64,000 nucleotides of DNA from Phaeosaccion multiseriatum (taxonomy: Eukaryota > Protista > Ochrophyta, other classes): assembly GCA_965112735.1 (NCBI GenBank), contig OZ218959.1, positions 930,001-994,000 on the forward strand. Reading direction: 5' to 3'. Shown here piece after piece: positions 11,614-32,400 of the stretch. The stretch's first letter is position 1; each line of letters begins with the position of its first letter. The notes beneath the pieces are model-generated. The model saw only the letters and a program-made list of their open reading frames with translations. It was not told the DNA's origin and did not search any database. The position numbers and the translations under genes were made by a program.

Positions 11614-14600
11614 ATGACCAGGACCGAGGGAACGGAGAGCATGTGTCAGGATGAGGACACTGCTGAGTGGCTGGAAGCGTTGGAGAGAGCCGAAGAGGAA
11701 GGCAGGGCAGAACTGCTGAGGAAATCGGCGGCCAGAGAGGCGGAGGGGCGAGAGATGAAGAAGGGTGAATGTCCCTCTGTTTCTGCTGAAGCTTCCCTTC
11801 GCGGGCAGCCGCCAACGCGGCTGCGGAGTATCGTGCTGTTTGCCGATGCGGCTGAGCGTAGCGAGGAGGGTAGAGGTTGTGGCGGGGAGCCGGTGGGACA
11901 GGGCATTTTGGAGATGCTGGACGACGAGCTCGCTCTGACTGTGAGGGGTGGGGAGGAGGAAGGGGGCAGCACTGTGGCTCTCATCCCCCTGCACGAGATT
12001 GCAAACCTTGAGGTGGTGGACGGGGGCGGGGATCTTAGCCTCGTGCTGCATCTGCACGCGGGCTGCACCCTTTGCCTAGACTTCGAGGGCGGGTATGAGA
12101 GCGAGACACTCCAGCGTGAGGCACTCGAGCGGCTCGCAGCCAAGGTGGAGCAAGCAGCAGCAGGAGGAGGAGGAGAAGGAGGAGGAGGAGGAGGAGGAGG
12201 AGGAGAGGATGCTGGCGAGAAGGGAAGGGGTGGTCGCAAGGGGAGGAGGAGGGCGAGGGCGAGCTCAACACCATCAGGAGAGTGCGTCGACGAAGGCAAT
12301 GGGAGGGGGCTGTGGGAGGGAGAAGAGGAGGAGGAAGGGGGAGGTCGGGAAGGAGAGGAGCGGAGCGGTAGTCCATGGAGGCGTCATGTCGCCCCTTCCC
12401 GGAGTATAAAACGTCCAAAGAGGAAGATTGGTATCCGAAAGCCTGAGCACATTCTGGTATCTGAGACCAATGGTAGTGGTATTGGCAGCAACACCACCAC
12501 CACCACCACCACCACCAGCAGCAGCAGAAGTAGCAGCAGCAGCAGCAGCAGCAGCAGTAGAGGCAGCAGCAGCAAGATTGACGAGCAGCAGGGCAGCAGC
12601 CAAGCGAGCGGGGTCGCGTCACCCCCCACGAACAAGGCCTTCCTCAGCTTCATGGCCAAGCTGCGAGAGCGCCTCCAAGCGGAGCATAACTCCAGGGGGG
12701 CAGGACGGCCCAGCCTCGCGCAGGCGGAGCAGACCGTGCAGGGCATGTATAAGCATATCGGCAGCGTGTTCTTCCGCCAGGATGAGGCCTTTCGCCACCT
12801 CGACGAGGCGCGGCAGGGGCGGCGGGGGGGGGGTATTGCGGAGGGAGATGGAGCAGCAGCAGTAGCAGCACCAGCAGTTGGTGATATAGCGGCGGGGGCG
12901 GATGGCGGCGATACGCTCGCAGCGATGGCATTCGAGGTGGATGGGAAGGGCAAGAGGCGCTATCTGGTGGCGGGACTGCGGCGGCTGCTCAAGGCGCATC
13001 TGACCATGGAGCCGCGCGCCAACCATCTGTATGAAATTATCAGGGAGGGTGAGGTGAGAGGCAGGCACATGCGCGCACACAAACATATCATATACAGAGA
13101 GAGAGAGAGAGAGAAGGGAGGAGAGGTGCCATATGCCTACATGGGTGTGTGCAGCTGTGCAGCTTTCTCCTCTTCGGGGCTCGCTAATCTGCCACTCGGC
13201 GGTCCAAAGGCGCACTTCAGCCCGTCCTGTCCCATTGAGCAGCTGCACGCACGCACGCACGCACGCACTCACTCACTCACTCACTCACTCACTCACCCAC
13301 TCACTCACTCATGCACTTCCTCAGCTCACTCCCTCGTCCACCCACTTGCTTTCTCCCTCACGCACTCACTCGCTCACTTGACTCCCTGCCTACGGCAATA
13401 CTCGGAAACGGACATCTGTCGACGTCTGTCGCCTGACAACCAACCTCACCCCCCTCACCAAAGCCGTGCCGCTTCTACTCCGACCTCGAGTTCTCCAAGG
13501 CGCACAACCCCGGCGTGGACGGCGCTCTGCTGGTGCGTGCGTGGGTCAGCCTCGTGTGCGCCAAACTGCTGAGGGACTTCGGCCTCCTCGTGGGGCAAGC
13601 AGCCTTCCTGGACCTGGACGTAAGTAGGATGGCATGTCGTTGGTTGTAGACTCTTGTCTCACAGATGGCAGGCCGTTCTACTCTCAGTGTTATCGAGCAG
13701 TGCAATGCGCCTGCCCCCCCCCTGCCTTGAGCCCTTCACACTCCCGTGGGGTATGTTCTACGTCGCTTCTGTGGGCCTCGGTGTGCCGCTACTGGCGGAT
13801 GGATACCCTCTACCTTGCTCACTGTCCCCTCCTCACCGCTTCCCTTCTGATCCTCCTCCTCTCTCCTCTCTCCTCTCCCTGCCCATACACCTCTCTTTGC
13901 AGTCTTCTACGGAGACCAAGTTTTCGAGGCATCTCGTGCTGCACCTCCCCGGGGGAAGGCTCTTCCAAGACAACTCCGCTGTCGGGAGGTTCGTGAGTGA
14001 ACTCGAGGACCAGCTCAGGAGGGACCGGTTAACAGCACGGCAACAGCAGCGGCAGCAGCAGCGGCAGCAGCAGCAGCAGCAGCAGCGACGGCAGCAGGGT
14101 GGAGAGGCCACAGGAGAGGCAGCGACAGGGACAGAGACAGAGACAGCGGTAGAGGCAGTGGCAATAGCGCCAACAGGAGGAGAGCTTGGCCCGGGGTCGG
14201 CAGAGGGTGTCCAGGGGAGTGTCCAAGAGAGTGTCCAAGAGACGATCCCCCTTTTGCCAGAGGCAAAGGACGGTGCGAACGCAGCTCCGGTGGGGACTTT
14301 GCGAGGGAGTAGGGGAGGCCCTTGCGATGCGGCGGCGTCCCTTTCTTCGTCTTTGTCACTGTGGGTGAGCACCGGCCCCGGCCGAGAGGAGGCCTTATTC
14401 GTAGACACGAGCGTGTACTCGAGGAACCGCTGCTTCCGCTTGCCGCACAGCTGCAAGTTCGGCAAGGATGCCGTGCTCACGCTCGCACCGGGCTGCATTT
14501 GGCCGCCCCCGGACCGACCCATAGGACAGGGAGGGCAGGGAGGGCAGGGAGAGAACATTGACCCGCGAGAGGCGCTGCTGCTCGACGCTCTCGTCGTGCC

Positions 14601-15235
14601 GCTGCAAGTGCACGCCGCAGCAGCAGAAGCGGCCGCCGCACTTGGTAAAGGAGCAGTTGGTGGTACAGCGGTGCCCATGAGTCAGGACAGCGACGCAGGG
14701 CCTCCGCCAGAGGGCGCGGCTACCACTGCTGCTACTGCCCCATCCTTTCCACCGGGCGGTGCTTTGCTCACCGTGGGAGAGCGTTGGTCCTCCAACAGAC
14801 TCCCTCGCTCCTCCTCCCCACCCCCGCTGCTGTCGTCACAGCTTTCAAGCAGCAACAAGGTCAGCAGGAGCAGCAGCCAGCCCGGGATGGGAGAGCAGCA
14901 GCCGCATACGCATGTGTACGTGGGTGCGTGTGCGGAGGAGGATGATGATGCTGTAGATACATCGCTGTCGGTGAGCGGCTATCGGGCGTCCCCGTTTCCG
15001 CTTTTGGACTCTTTTGTAACTGACCACATGTGCAAGGGCGGCACACCGGGCAGGATTAGAAAATGGGACTGGCAGATTGACGAGCGCTTCAGCCGCCTCA
15101 CTTACCAAATATGCGACAATCGGTGAGTGCGCGAGGAAGCAGGGAAGGGAGAGAGGAAGAGAAGAGGGGGTAAAGGAGCTGTTGTCGCGCGCTCTCGCGC
15201 CGATGTCCCTCTTCTGAAGCGCGCCACCCCCCCCC

Positions 15236-15270
<35 letters not shown>

Positions 15271-15865
15271 GCGCGGCGCTGTCTACAGATATTGCGCGAA
15301 TATTGGCAGAGCACACCGCTCGAACAACATCTACATTGTCGTTGACTTACGGAAGGGACTCGCGTTCCAGAAGTGCCATGACCCCGTGTGTCGCCGCCTG
15401 GGCTTCGCGTCCAGGGAGCGCCTGCCCCCCGGAGTTGTGCCCTCTCCTCAAGAGGTACGACGGATAGTAACAGTGATTGTGATATTGATGGTGATGGTGA
15501 TGGTGATGGTGATGGTGGAGCGAGTGAGCAAACGGGGCAGGAGTGGAAGGCAGCAGGCAGGACTTCCACAGTGTTACACATTGTTGGCTCTGCCTTTCCC
15601 CTTCCCTCCCCCGACGATGTCTGCCGTTGTGTCTGACTGTGTGTCTGCCTGCGTGTCTGACTGTGTGTCTGCCGTTGTGTCTGACTGACGGGTTGTGGTG
15701 CAGGTGCATGACTTGCAAATGGACTTGGCCATCGAGCAGACTCTGCAGAGAGAGTCACTCCTCTCATCGCCGCGGTGTTCCCAGCCCCTCTCTCAGCAGC
15801 TCTCTCAGCAGCTCTCGCAGCAGTCGCAGCAGTCGCAGTGGTCGCAGCGGGAGGGGCTTGGGTAG
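11614..15865 (+). CDS. PRIMPOL: DNA-directed primase/polymerase PrimPol (AEP family with UL52-like zinc finger)
   Basis: Exons 11614-13053, 13464-13619, 13903-15122, 15289-15454, 15704-15865 give HLYEIIREG-EPCRFYSDLEF (motif I, DxE), KFSRH (motif II, SxH), LFVDTSVYSRNRCFRL (motif III) and RYCANIGRAHRSN...QKCHDPVC (C-H-C-C zinc finger). Start and last exon are less certain. Confidence 0.92.
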
Positions 15866-16143
15866 GAAGGAGGAGGAGAATCGGTGCTCGTCGGGCGAAG
15901 CGCAAGGGCGAAGGGGAAGGGAAGGGAAGGGGAGGGTAGGGAAGCGCCTGGAGGGGAAGAGTGAAGTGGCCGATTCCCTCCAAACATTGCACAGCGACGC
16001 TCTGGTCATGGAGCCTGTGTACTCAGTAGATTTGTATGTATATTGCGCACCACCAAAGTTAAATCAAATATTAAGTCTACAGTACAGTAAGCCAGAGCCA
16101 AGCCACAGCAAGGCCCCTCCCCCTCCCCCTCCTCCCAACCGCA

Positions 16144-18985
16144 CTACCTCGACCTGCTGGTGCCCAGGCCCATCTTGCCTGCGATGAGCCACTTGACGAG
16201 CTTGGGCCCCTCTCTCCGATCCGCCTCTCCGATCCTCGCCTTGAGGTTCCTCTTCTTCTCCGCCTTCTTCTTCATCTTGCGCTCCTTGGCGACCTGTGCG
16301 TCGTCCTTCAGCCCCATGTCCCCGGCGGTCCTGACCTTGCTGTGGCTGCGCTTGGCCGAAGAGGCCGCCCGTAGCCGCTTGGCCGCCGCCCCCTTGTCGC
16401 TCGCCTCCGTCCCTCCCATGTCCACATCCCCGTCGTCGCCAGCCCCGCCTTCTCCTCCTGCGTGCTCGGCAAGGGCCTTGCGAGAGAGTGACCGACCCCT
16501 CTTCCTTGTACCTCTATTGGCAAAGCCCTCCGTGTCCACCCCAAGCTCCTCCAGGTGCTTGACACCCCTCGAGATGGAGCGGCCGCGATCGGCATGGCGC
16601 GGCATGATGGCGCTGTTCTTACTCGACTTGAGGCGGGAGGCGCCCTTCATGATCTTGACCTTGCTGCGGATGGCATTCGACAGCACCAACTCCTCCTCCC
16701 CCACGTCGCTCTCATCGTCCCGCATGTCCTTTTCGGCCTGCGCCTCCTCCACGAGTTGGTCCTCCTCCTTCTCAAGCCTCTCCAACAGGGCCTCGATTTC
16801 CGGGTCGACAAAGTCCGCCACGTTCTTGCCGTCCATAATCTCGGGGATGCGGTCGAACTTAATCTCCTCGGGCAGGTCGTAGTACTTGCGGTAGTCGCAA
16901 TTGTACACCCCGGCCCCTCCATTCTCCACCATGAGTTCCTTCTCCGTCTTGCGAGGAGCCCCACTCCCACCGTCCACTGCCATCCCCCCCCCCCCTGCCG
17001 CCTTCGCCCGCTCCTGCGCCTCAAGTACGCTGGCAGGGATGCTCGCCCCACGTGTCTTTCCGTCCCTTGACTTCGGCATGGCCACAGTTAGACGGTTCAT
17101 CACGTCGCCCACCTTCTTGCCGGCCATCCTCGCGTCCACTCGGGCCTGCAGGAGGAGGTCGCAGGCCGTGTTCTTGGCGTCCGTTACGCCCTCCTCGCTG
17201 ACGTTGCTCATGGTAATGAGGCGGATATTCGCCTCCTCGGCGAGCTTCTCCATGGCCTCACGGTACTGCGGGGTGGTTGCGAGTGGATAGAGTGGTTTGA
17301 GTGGTAGAGAGGTAGAGGGGTGAGGGGAGGGGTAAGTTGCAACAGTGGCAGAGAGGCAGGCAGAGAAATAGAGAGAGAGAGAGGGAGAGCGAGTAGGCTC
17401 AGACATGCGTGCCAAAAGTGTCAAGCGCTTCTCTGGCCTGCCTCAGCCCCGTAGCACATGACATGCGCCCCTCCCTCCCTCACTGACCTCGGGCTTGATG
17501 TCCTCGAACTTGATGACGTCGGTCTTGTTGGCGATGAGGATCAGCTGCTTGTTGGCGAACAGCGGCTTGATATTGTCGAACAGACTCAGCTGCTGCGCCA
17601 GCGTGTAGCCGCACTGCTCGCTGATGTCCATGAAGTACAGCACGCAGCACTGCAGATGCGCAAGGGCCGTGACCGCCTGCATCTCGATTGTGTTTCTCTC
17701 CTCGAGGGGGTGGTCCAGAATACCGGGCGTGTCCACCACCTGCTCGCACGCACGCACGCACCCACGCACGCACGACAGGCCCGCCACATGAAAACAGCAG
17801 AACAAATGATCAGTACAAGAGAGTATAGAAGATGGGCTGATGACAAGAGCCCCTATCACACAAGTACAAGCAGACAGCCAGACCGCCAGACAACCAATGC
17901 CCTTCCTCACCTGCCAGCGCAAGTAGCGGTAGTCCATGTGCCCCACGTACAGCGACTTCGTGGTGAAGGCGTAGGGCTGCACGTCCACGTTGGCGCGGGT
18001 AACCTGAGGTCATACAGAGGCCATATAGAGGGAGGGAGACTTTGGTGTGAGAACACTCCTTCTCAAAGCTCATGTGTCTGTTCCAATCTAGTCCCCTTCT
18101 TCCACCTCCCGCCAGCCCACTCTCTCCTTTCTCCTCGCTAGTTTAGTTTCCTCCAACTGGCCCAACCCTTCCTCCTTCACGACTGCTCCAGCGTGCAAGT
18201 CTCCTCCTGCCTCTGTCCCCCCCTCCCTCCCTCCCTTGGGCCCACCTTACCTTGTTCATGAAGCTACTCTTGCCTACGTTGGGGAAGCCCGTGAGCAGCA
18301 GCGTGCGGGTGGTGGGGTCAAGCGCCGGCAGACGAGCCAAATGCTTGCGCACCTCCTCAAGGTAGAGAAGCGACGCCTTTTGCCGCTTGAGCAAAGTGCA
18401 CATGCGCCCCAGGGCCGCTCGCTTGAGCTGCTTGCAGCGGTACAGGCTATCACCATACTTGATCAGCCGCACGTAGTCTCTGCTCAGCGCCTCGGATAGC
18501 TTCTTTGCCATGTTAATCTAACGAGAGAGGAGGAAGGTTGGGGTTGGGGAGTCGGCACCGTGGTCATGGTTCCGGGCGCGGTGTGAGGAGGGTTTCGGGG
18601 ATGCTTTCGCACAACGTACACCCTCCCGCCCTCCCCCCTCTCGTCCTCATTCAGAAGCACTGAATACATCTCTTCCCCCTCTCCTTCGTACCTGCCCCAG
18701 GGCGAGCTTGTAGTGGTCCCTGTCGTACAGGATGTTGAGCAGGTCCGCGTAGAACGGGTGGAGATCGTCCAGCCGTGGAAAGTCACTCAGCAGCCCGCCG
18801 AGCCTCTCCGAAATGGTCTCCGAGGTGAACTTGACCTTCCTCATGTAGAACTGGCGGATCCGGTTGATCTTGAAGCCCGGATGGACCACTGTGGGGGTTC
18901 GGCGCTGCGTCCTGATCAAGATAATGTCGATGAAGTCCTCGGCGGCTGGCACCGGGGCCATTTTCTTAAAATTATAGACCACCAT
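16144..18985 (-). CDS. NOG1: Nucleolar GTP-binding protein 1 (NOG1/GTPBP4)
   Basis: [54 protein letters not shown] (G1), [23 protein letters not shown] and the NOGCT motif [16 protein letters not shown]. Confidence 0.97.
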
Positions 18986-19817
18986 CCTGCCCTCTCGGCG
19001 CTCAGCGAATGGGGAAAAGGGTGTTCAGGTTGGCCAGCCCCCTCCTCCTCCTCCTCCTCCTCCTCCTTCTCCTCCTCCTCTTCCTCTTCCTCCCTTCTCC
19101 TCCTGCTGCTGCTTCTGCTGCTGCGTCAAGGAGGACACGAGGCTGCTGGTGGAGAGCTTCCGAGCCGCCCCCACAGCCTCCTCCTCTCTCTCCTCCTGCT
19201 GCTCTTGTTCCTTCTGCTGGTGCTCCTCCTGCTGCTGCTGTGTCGGCAAAGGACGAGAGTATACCGCTCCTCCTGCTGCAGTTCCTAGGTTCTTTCTTTT
19301 ATCTTTGATCTGATTGTACCTTTCGCCAAGCCACCCAACTTTCCAACCACTCTACCCGGCTTGGAAACCATTGCGCGCACGCACCCACGCGCTTGCTTCA
19401 TTGCTCCTCATTTTCCCTCGTGATTTGCCTCCCCAGCGCAGAGGCTCAATACGGGAGAGGGAAGGGACGAGGGATAGAAAGGGGGGTGAAGGGAGAGGGA
19501 GTTGGGGGCGGAGCGTCGGCTGTTCCCGCCGGCAATCACCCAAGGCAAAGAAATTAGTAGTAGTTGAGGCTTCCAGAGGAGGGAGGGAGGGAGGAGAACA
19601 AGAAAAGTGGAGGAGTAGAGCCGCGATCTACGGTAGGACTGGCAGCGAGTGGGCAAGACAAATTATTTTTTATCGCACGCAGATACATCGCGCAAGTGTT
19701 TGCGATGAACTGATGCACATCAAGCATTTTGCTAGAGCGGTTCAGCCCCAGCACCAGTGACAGAAAACCTGCTTTGAACGGGACTCACTCAACCTGCAAG
19801 GCCCGCTGCACACCACA

Positions 19818-26968
<7,151 letters not shown>

Positions 26969-27753
26969 GCACCTCCCCTCTCCCCTCCTCCCTTCCTCCT
27001 CCGATCCTGTCCTCCGGTCTGTCAGTCGCACAGGAGGGGGCCGCAGGGGGGGGGGGAGGGGGAGGGACGGAAGGAGGGAGGGAGGGACGGTCTGGGGGAG
27101 TGGACACCGAGAGGAGCGGAGGACGGGACACACACACGTACTTCCATGTACACGCTCAGGACATACCACACATAGAGAAAGACGTTACAGAAAACAGGAT
27201 ATACCACACATGGAGAAAGACGTCATAGAAAACATGTTATTTAGAGTTACGGGGTGAGGGGAAATGCACTGGTCAGTGCCTTCCCCTCGCATTCTTGGGG
27301 AGGGGATGGACGGGGGGAGGGTCCTGGCACAAGTGGGAAGGGGCTGTGTGGTGTGTGTCGTGAGTGTCGTGTGGACTCTCTCTCGTCTGTAAATAAAGAG
27401 AAAATCAGAGCGTGGGCTGCTCCCTGGTGGAGAGCCTGCGGCCATGCCACCCACTTCCCTTCCCTTCCCTCCCACCCCCCTCCCGCTGTGCGCGACGACC
27501 AGCGTGGGTGGGTGGGGAATCATTCGCACTGTATGCCCACCAGACCGATCCACAACGGCGACACGCCGCGTGGGTGGGTATTCAGTCGCATGCCCCTCAA
27601 GAGGCCTGGACGGGCTGGACGGGGCCCAGGCCGTATCCATGGGATGGGTGCTCGCGTGCTTTTGTCTGTGTCTCTCTCACAGGCGGCAGAACATTCAGCG
27701 ACTGACTGACTGCCTGGCCGACATGACAGCCTGTGTGACTGCCTGGCCCGTCT

Positions 27754-29206
27754 CTACTTGGTCTTTTTTGAGTCCTTCTTCTTGCCCTTGGCCTTGCCCC
27801 TGCCGCCCTTCTTGCCCCCTGAGGAGGACAGGGCATCATCGGAGGCTGCTGCGTCTGCATCGCCCACCACCGCCCCTGTGTCCACGCCTGCGTCTACGCT
27901 TGTACCTGAGCTGTCCTCATCCTCCGTCTCCCCCTTCCACCGCCGAATGCCTCGCTCCAGCAGAAGCCGAACAATCTGAGACAAGTGCGAGAGGCCGGAC
28001 CGTGTCGGAGACGGAGCCCAGAGAGATTCGCACGCATCCACAAAGAGAGGAAGATGGTGGGGGGGGGGGGGGGGTAAGAGGTGGAGGCGAGGAAGGAAAG
28101 AGGTGCATGACACACCCTAGCGAAGGCCAGTCAGTCCCTACCCCACCCTCACCCTCACCCTCAGGCGTAGCCCAACTTGACTCTCACGCTGAGCTCAGCC
28201 TCACACGCAGCCCATCTTACCTTGACGACAGCGCTGGCGATGATCACACCAAACACGCCGATGATGTTCTTCTTGTGCTTGAGAAGGAAGGGCGGCGCCT
28301 CTGGCAGAGGGATGTCGAGCTTACTGGCGAAGGCAAGGGCAAAGTCCTCCTCTTCCCCCTCGTCCTTCCCGCTCCCGTCCGGGGAGATGCGAGCCGCTAC
28401 CACAGCGAGACCCGGGGGCGCGTACTTGCGGGGGTCGAACTCGAGGTGAGCGTCGTAACGGCTCGTGTGCTCCTCGTCAACCACGGAGATGGACAGCACC
28501 ATTGGGAACCACGCCTGAGGAGGGGGGGGTGAGGGAGTGAGGAAGAGATCCGGGAGGGGGGAGCGGAGAGAGGAGGCACGTGTGACTGCTCCTTCCGTAT
28601 GCCTCCACTGCCAAGCCTCAAAGGATACGATTCGCTTGGAGCCGGTCCATCCCTTGCCCGAGACCTCATTCCACCCCAACGCAGTGAGTGCGGTCCTGCC
28701 TTACGCAATGAAGCACCTTCTCAGCCCTCGTGGCGGCCAGCTCCTTGTCCAGTTTGGAGGCCTCAACCCTGGAGAGGGTCCCGTAGGCGTAGCCGTTCTC
28801 AGACAGCCTGTCGTGCACGTATTTGCCCACAGAGAGAAAGTTCGACATGGCGGGGTTCAGCTCCGCCAGCTGCGCCACATTGGGGGGGGGGGGGCGAAGG
28901 AGAGGCAGAGTGAGTGTCGGCGCAGGAACTCCCAACTCAATGAATAGACCCGTCTCTTAGCCGCGCATCAAGCAGACCCGCCTCCTCTCAAGCACGGTCC
29001 GCGACTGCCCCCGTCCCCTCTCCCATAGACAACCAGCGAAGTCCCTCCCGTACCTCGTAGTCTTCATAGATCTCTCCGTCGATCACGACTTGGCCCCTTG
29101 TGGTGACCGTGAGGGGGGCCGGTATCCTCGCTTCCACGAGCACGCCGAGCGGCGCCAAAGCCAGGACCACCACCATCACCCAAGCCAGCGTGGCTGCTGG
29201 AGTCAT
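27754..29206 (-). CDS. Putative type I membrane protein of unknown function with C-terminal KKxx
   Basis: Four spliceable exons encode a hydrophobic signal peptide (LAWVMVVVLALAPLGVLVEA), a TM segment (IIGVFGVIIASAVVKIV) and a C-terminus ...KKDSKKTK*. Confidence 0.6.
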
Positions 29207-29406
29207 AGCCGCTCATAAACGCCTGAGCTAAGTTATATATAGCGGCTGCAGCAGGACTTTTGCCAGGGAGGGGGGGGGGCGAGGCGAATCGCTGACTTAC
29301 TGTATGCGACAACCCTCTCCCACTCTTCACTCTTCGGCTTGCCCGGCGCCAAAGGCGATGGAGCCTGTCATCTAAAGACCAGGAGCAGTAGTAGGAGGTA
29401 GACACT

Positions 29407-32400
29407 ATGAACTCGGTGGCTTTCCCTGTGCGGGCCCTCAAAGCCCGACTGGAGCAACAGCTGCAGGACGAGCTGGAGAGGGAGGAACAGCTCAATGAGC
29501 AGCTCAAGAACTTGCTCATGCGAGAGGTGAGGGACAGCACACCGTTGGGAGCTTTGCTGCTGCTCCCGCGGCGATTTTCTATGTGGTGCTGGCATTGCTC
29601 CATTGAGCAGGAACAAATCCAAAAATCCTTTTGCTCCCTCTCACCTCTTTTTCCCTCTATGCGCTCTTCTTCCTGTCACGGGCTGCAAACACACACCACC
29701 ACCCTCTCGCCCCCTCTCTTTGCTGCAGCATGATCAAGAAGTCGGCGACGGCGTCAACGGCGAGAGAAGTGGAGAGCACCCCAATGGACAAACCTCATTA
29801 GGCACCAGCGGCGGCCATGCCCCTAACGACGACGAGGACCAAGAAGGCGGCGCCCAGGTGGTGCTCTTCTCCCAGCACCTGGAGGAGCTGCGGCGAAGCA
29901 TGCCCGACTTTGCAGAGCTCGCGGACGATGCCAAAGGACTTGCAGCGCAGGTTAGTGCCCCCCTAAGGCGTTGGGTGCCTGGCGCTCCGCCCCAAGCCCC
30001 AAGCAGAGCCCAGGTTAAAATCCCTCCCCTCCCTCTCTGCTCTACTCTGCTCTACTCTGCTCCTCTCTCCTGTAGATCGAGGACGGGCACACCATGGCGG
30101 AGCGCGTGAGCAGCGCAGTGCGGAGGCTGGACGAGACGCAGATGAAGGTCCAGAGCTCGCTGGCCCTCGTGGAGGACATCATCAACCTGCGCGGCTGTCT
30201 GCAGGGGCTGCAGGGCGCCATGGAGGGGGGTGACTTGCAGGCGGCGGTGGGCTTCGTGCGCCAGTTCGAGCAGATCGACGGGCAGCACCAGCTCCTGCAG
30301 AAGCAGCAGCGGCAGCAGCGCCGGCAGGAGCAGCAGCAACGGAAGGACAGAGGTAGGGCAGCATCAGGAGCCGCAGCAGTAGTAGCAGTGGATGAGGATG
30401 GAACAGAAGGAGGAGGGGGGGGGGGAGGGGAGGGCGCCATCGTGGACCGCCAGGCCATGACGGAGGCGCACGAGAGCCTCTGCCGGGCGGTGCTGGAGCG
30501 CTTCGACGCCGCCGTGTTGGACATGGACACTCGCGCCATCTGTGAGTACTGCCCCCTGCTGGCCCCTCTGGGGCTGGCTGAGAGCGGCACAGAGCGGTTC
30601 CTTGCATTTGCGCAGCGCTTTCTCGAGCAGGAGCTGACACGGCTTGAGGAGGAGGCGGCAGGGGGAGGGGGAGGGGGAGAGGGAGGAGGAGGGGGGGGGG
30701 CGGGGGTGGACGCGGGACACATGCAGGAGCAGCTGTCGACGGTGTACAACGTGTGTGCGCAGTTCCTAGAGGAGCAGCTTCCCGTCGCCATGGGAGGCCT
30801 CGCCCCTGCAGCGGGGGACGTGGAGGTCCTGCGCCAGGTGCACACGACGTGCGGAAACCACGCCAGCGCCATCCTGCAGCGCTTCCTCACGGCCGCGGGG
30901 GTGGCGGATAGGGTAAAGAGGGCGGCGGAAGTGGCGGATGCAGCGGTGGCGCAGAGTCAGCAGTGTCAGGACTCACAGGGGGCGGGGAGCGACGCGGCGG
31001 CGCTGCTCTCCTCGCAGGGAGGAGGTGCTTCCAAGGCGGAAGAGGACGGGGCGGCGTCTTTGCTCTCTTCGTGGGACTCTTTGTTGGACCAACTGGCGCT
31101 GTTCCTGCAGCACACGGAGAGGTACGAGCGTTTCATGCAGCACCTTGTCAAGGAGCTCGAGCCGCTGCACACGCCCACACCCCAAGGGCAAGAGCAAGTG
31201 CTGCAGGGGCAAGAGCAAGTGCTGCAGGGGAAGCCGCTGACCGAGGCGATGCTGCCCAACCGGACGGAGCTCGAGCTGCTCTCTGCGGAGATGTGCGCGC
31301 ACTACTCCCGCTTAGAGCTTCAGCTCATGCGCACGAGCGTGGCCAAGTCGCTGCGCATAAGTGAGGTGGTGCAAGTCGGGGGCGCCAGTGACAGCAGCGA
31401 CGGGGGCATCGGCAGCGGCATGGGCATTGGCAGCAGCGACAGCGACAGCGAGGCCGCGTACCTGGTGTCAAGCTGTGTGGACGACGCCTTCTACGTGGCC
31501 CAGCGCTGCGCGAGGCGCTCTCTGGCGACGGGGCACGTGGGCAGTGCCTCCGCAGTGGTGAATCACTTGTGCAACACCTTGGAGGGGGAGGACTTGCTCG
31601 GGGCGCTGGCCACACGAGTCAAGGCCTCGCTGGGGTCGCTGCCCGCGGGGGGAGGCACACTCGACCTTGCCATGGCGCAGCTCGGGCAGATAGATATGAA
31701 CTCGCTGGCGGGCATCAGGGAGACCTTTTTGCAGGCGGACAACTGGGAGGGGGTGGTGGGGGGCATCACCAGCGACTTTCGGGGCCTCAGCACGAATCTG
31801 ACAACCTCCGCAGTCAAGGGCATCAGCAGGGCCGCCAGGGGGGAACGATTCGCCGACGACCAAAGCAAAGCAGGGGGCTCTGGGGTAGGCGGGGGCGGAG
31901 GTGGAGGTGGAGGGGGAGGGGGAGGGGGAGGGGGAGGAGGGGGAGGGGCGGGAGGGGAAGGCGCGGGGGGCGGCGCGAGGGGCGGGGCAGGAGGGGGGCG
32001 GGGCAGAAGCATGTGTCTGGTGCATGTCAACGACTTGTCTTGCTGCTCGCGCTACTCACTGCGCCTGCGGGACGACCTTAGCGCAGAGGTGGGGCTCGTG
32101 TTCGAGGCGGGGTCCCACGAAGCAGAGCAGCTCCAGACCTGTCTGCAGGGGCTCAAGGGAGTGGCAGAGGCCTTCCAGCAGGCAGGGGCGGAGGCGGTGG
32201 AGGAGGTGTTCGGCAGGGGACTCCGCCCCGTCATACGCGCCATGGTGGCCGCGCACCTGGGGGAGCGCTCTGTGGTGTCGTATCAGCTCTCAGAGGCGGA
32301 GTACGCCATGAACGAGGCTTCCGACCCCTTTGCCCATGCCATGGCGGAGGACCTGTCCATGCTGCTGTCGCCCTACTACGCCTCGCCCACCGGCCTGGTG

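Noticed and set aside
11614-15865. Viral or mobile-element primase
   Set aside because: It has spliceosomal introns, host codon usage, the canonical PrimPol motif set and no viral neighbours
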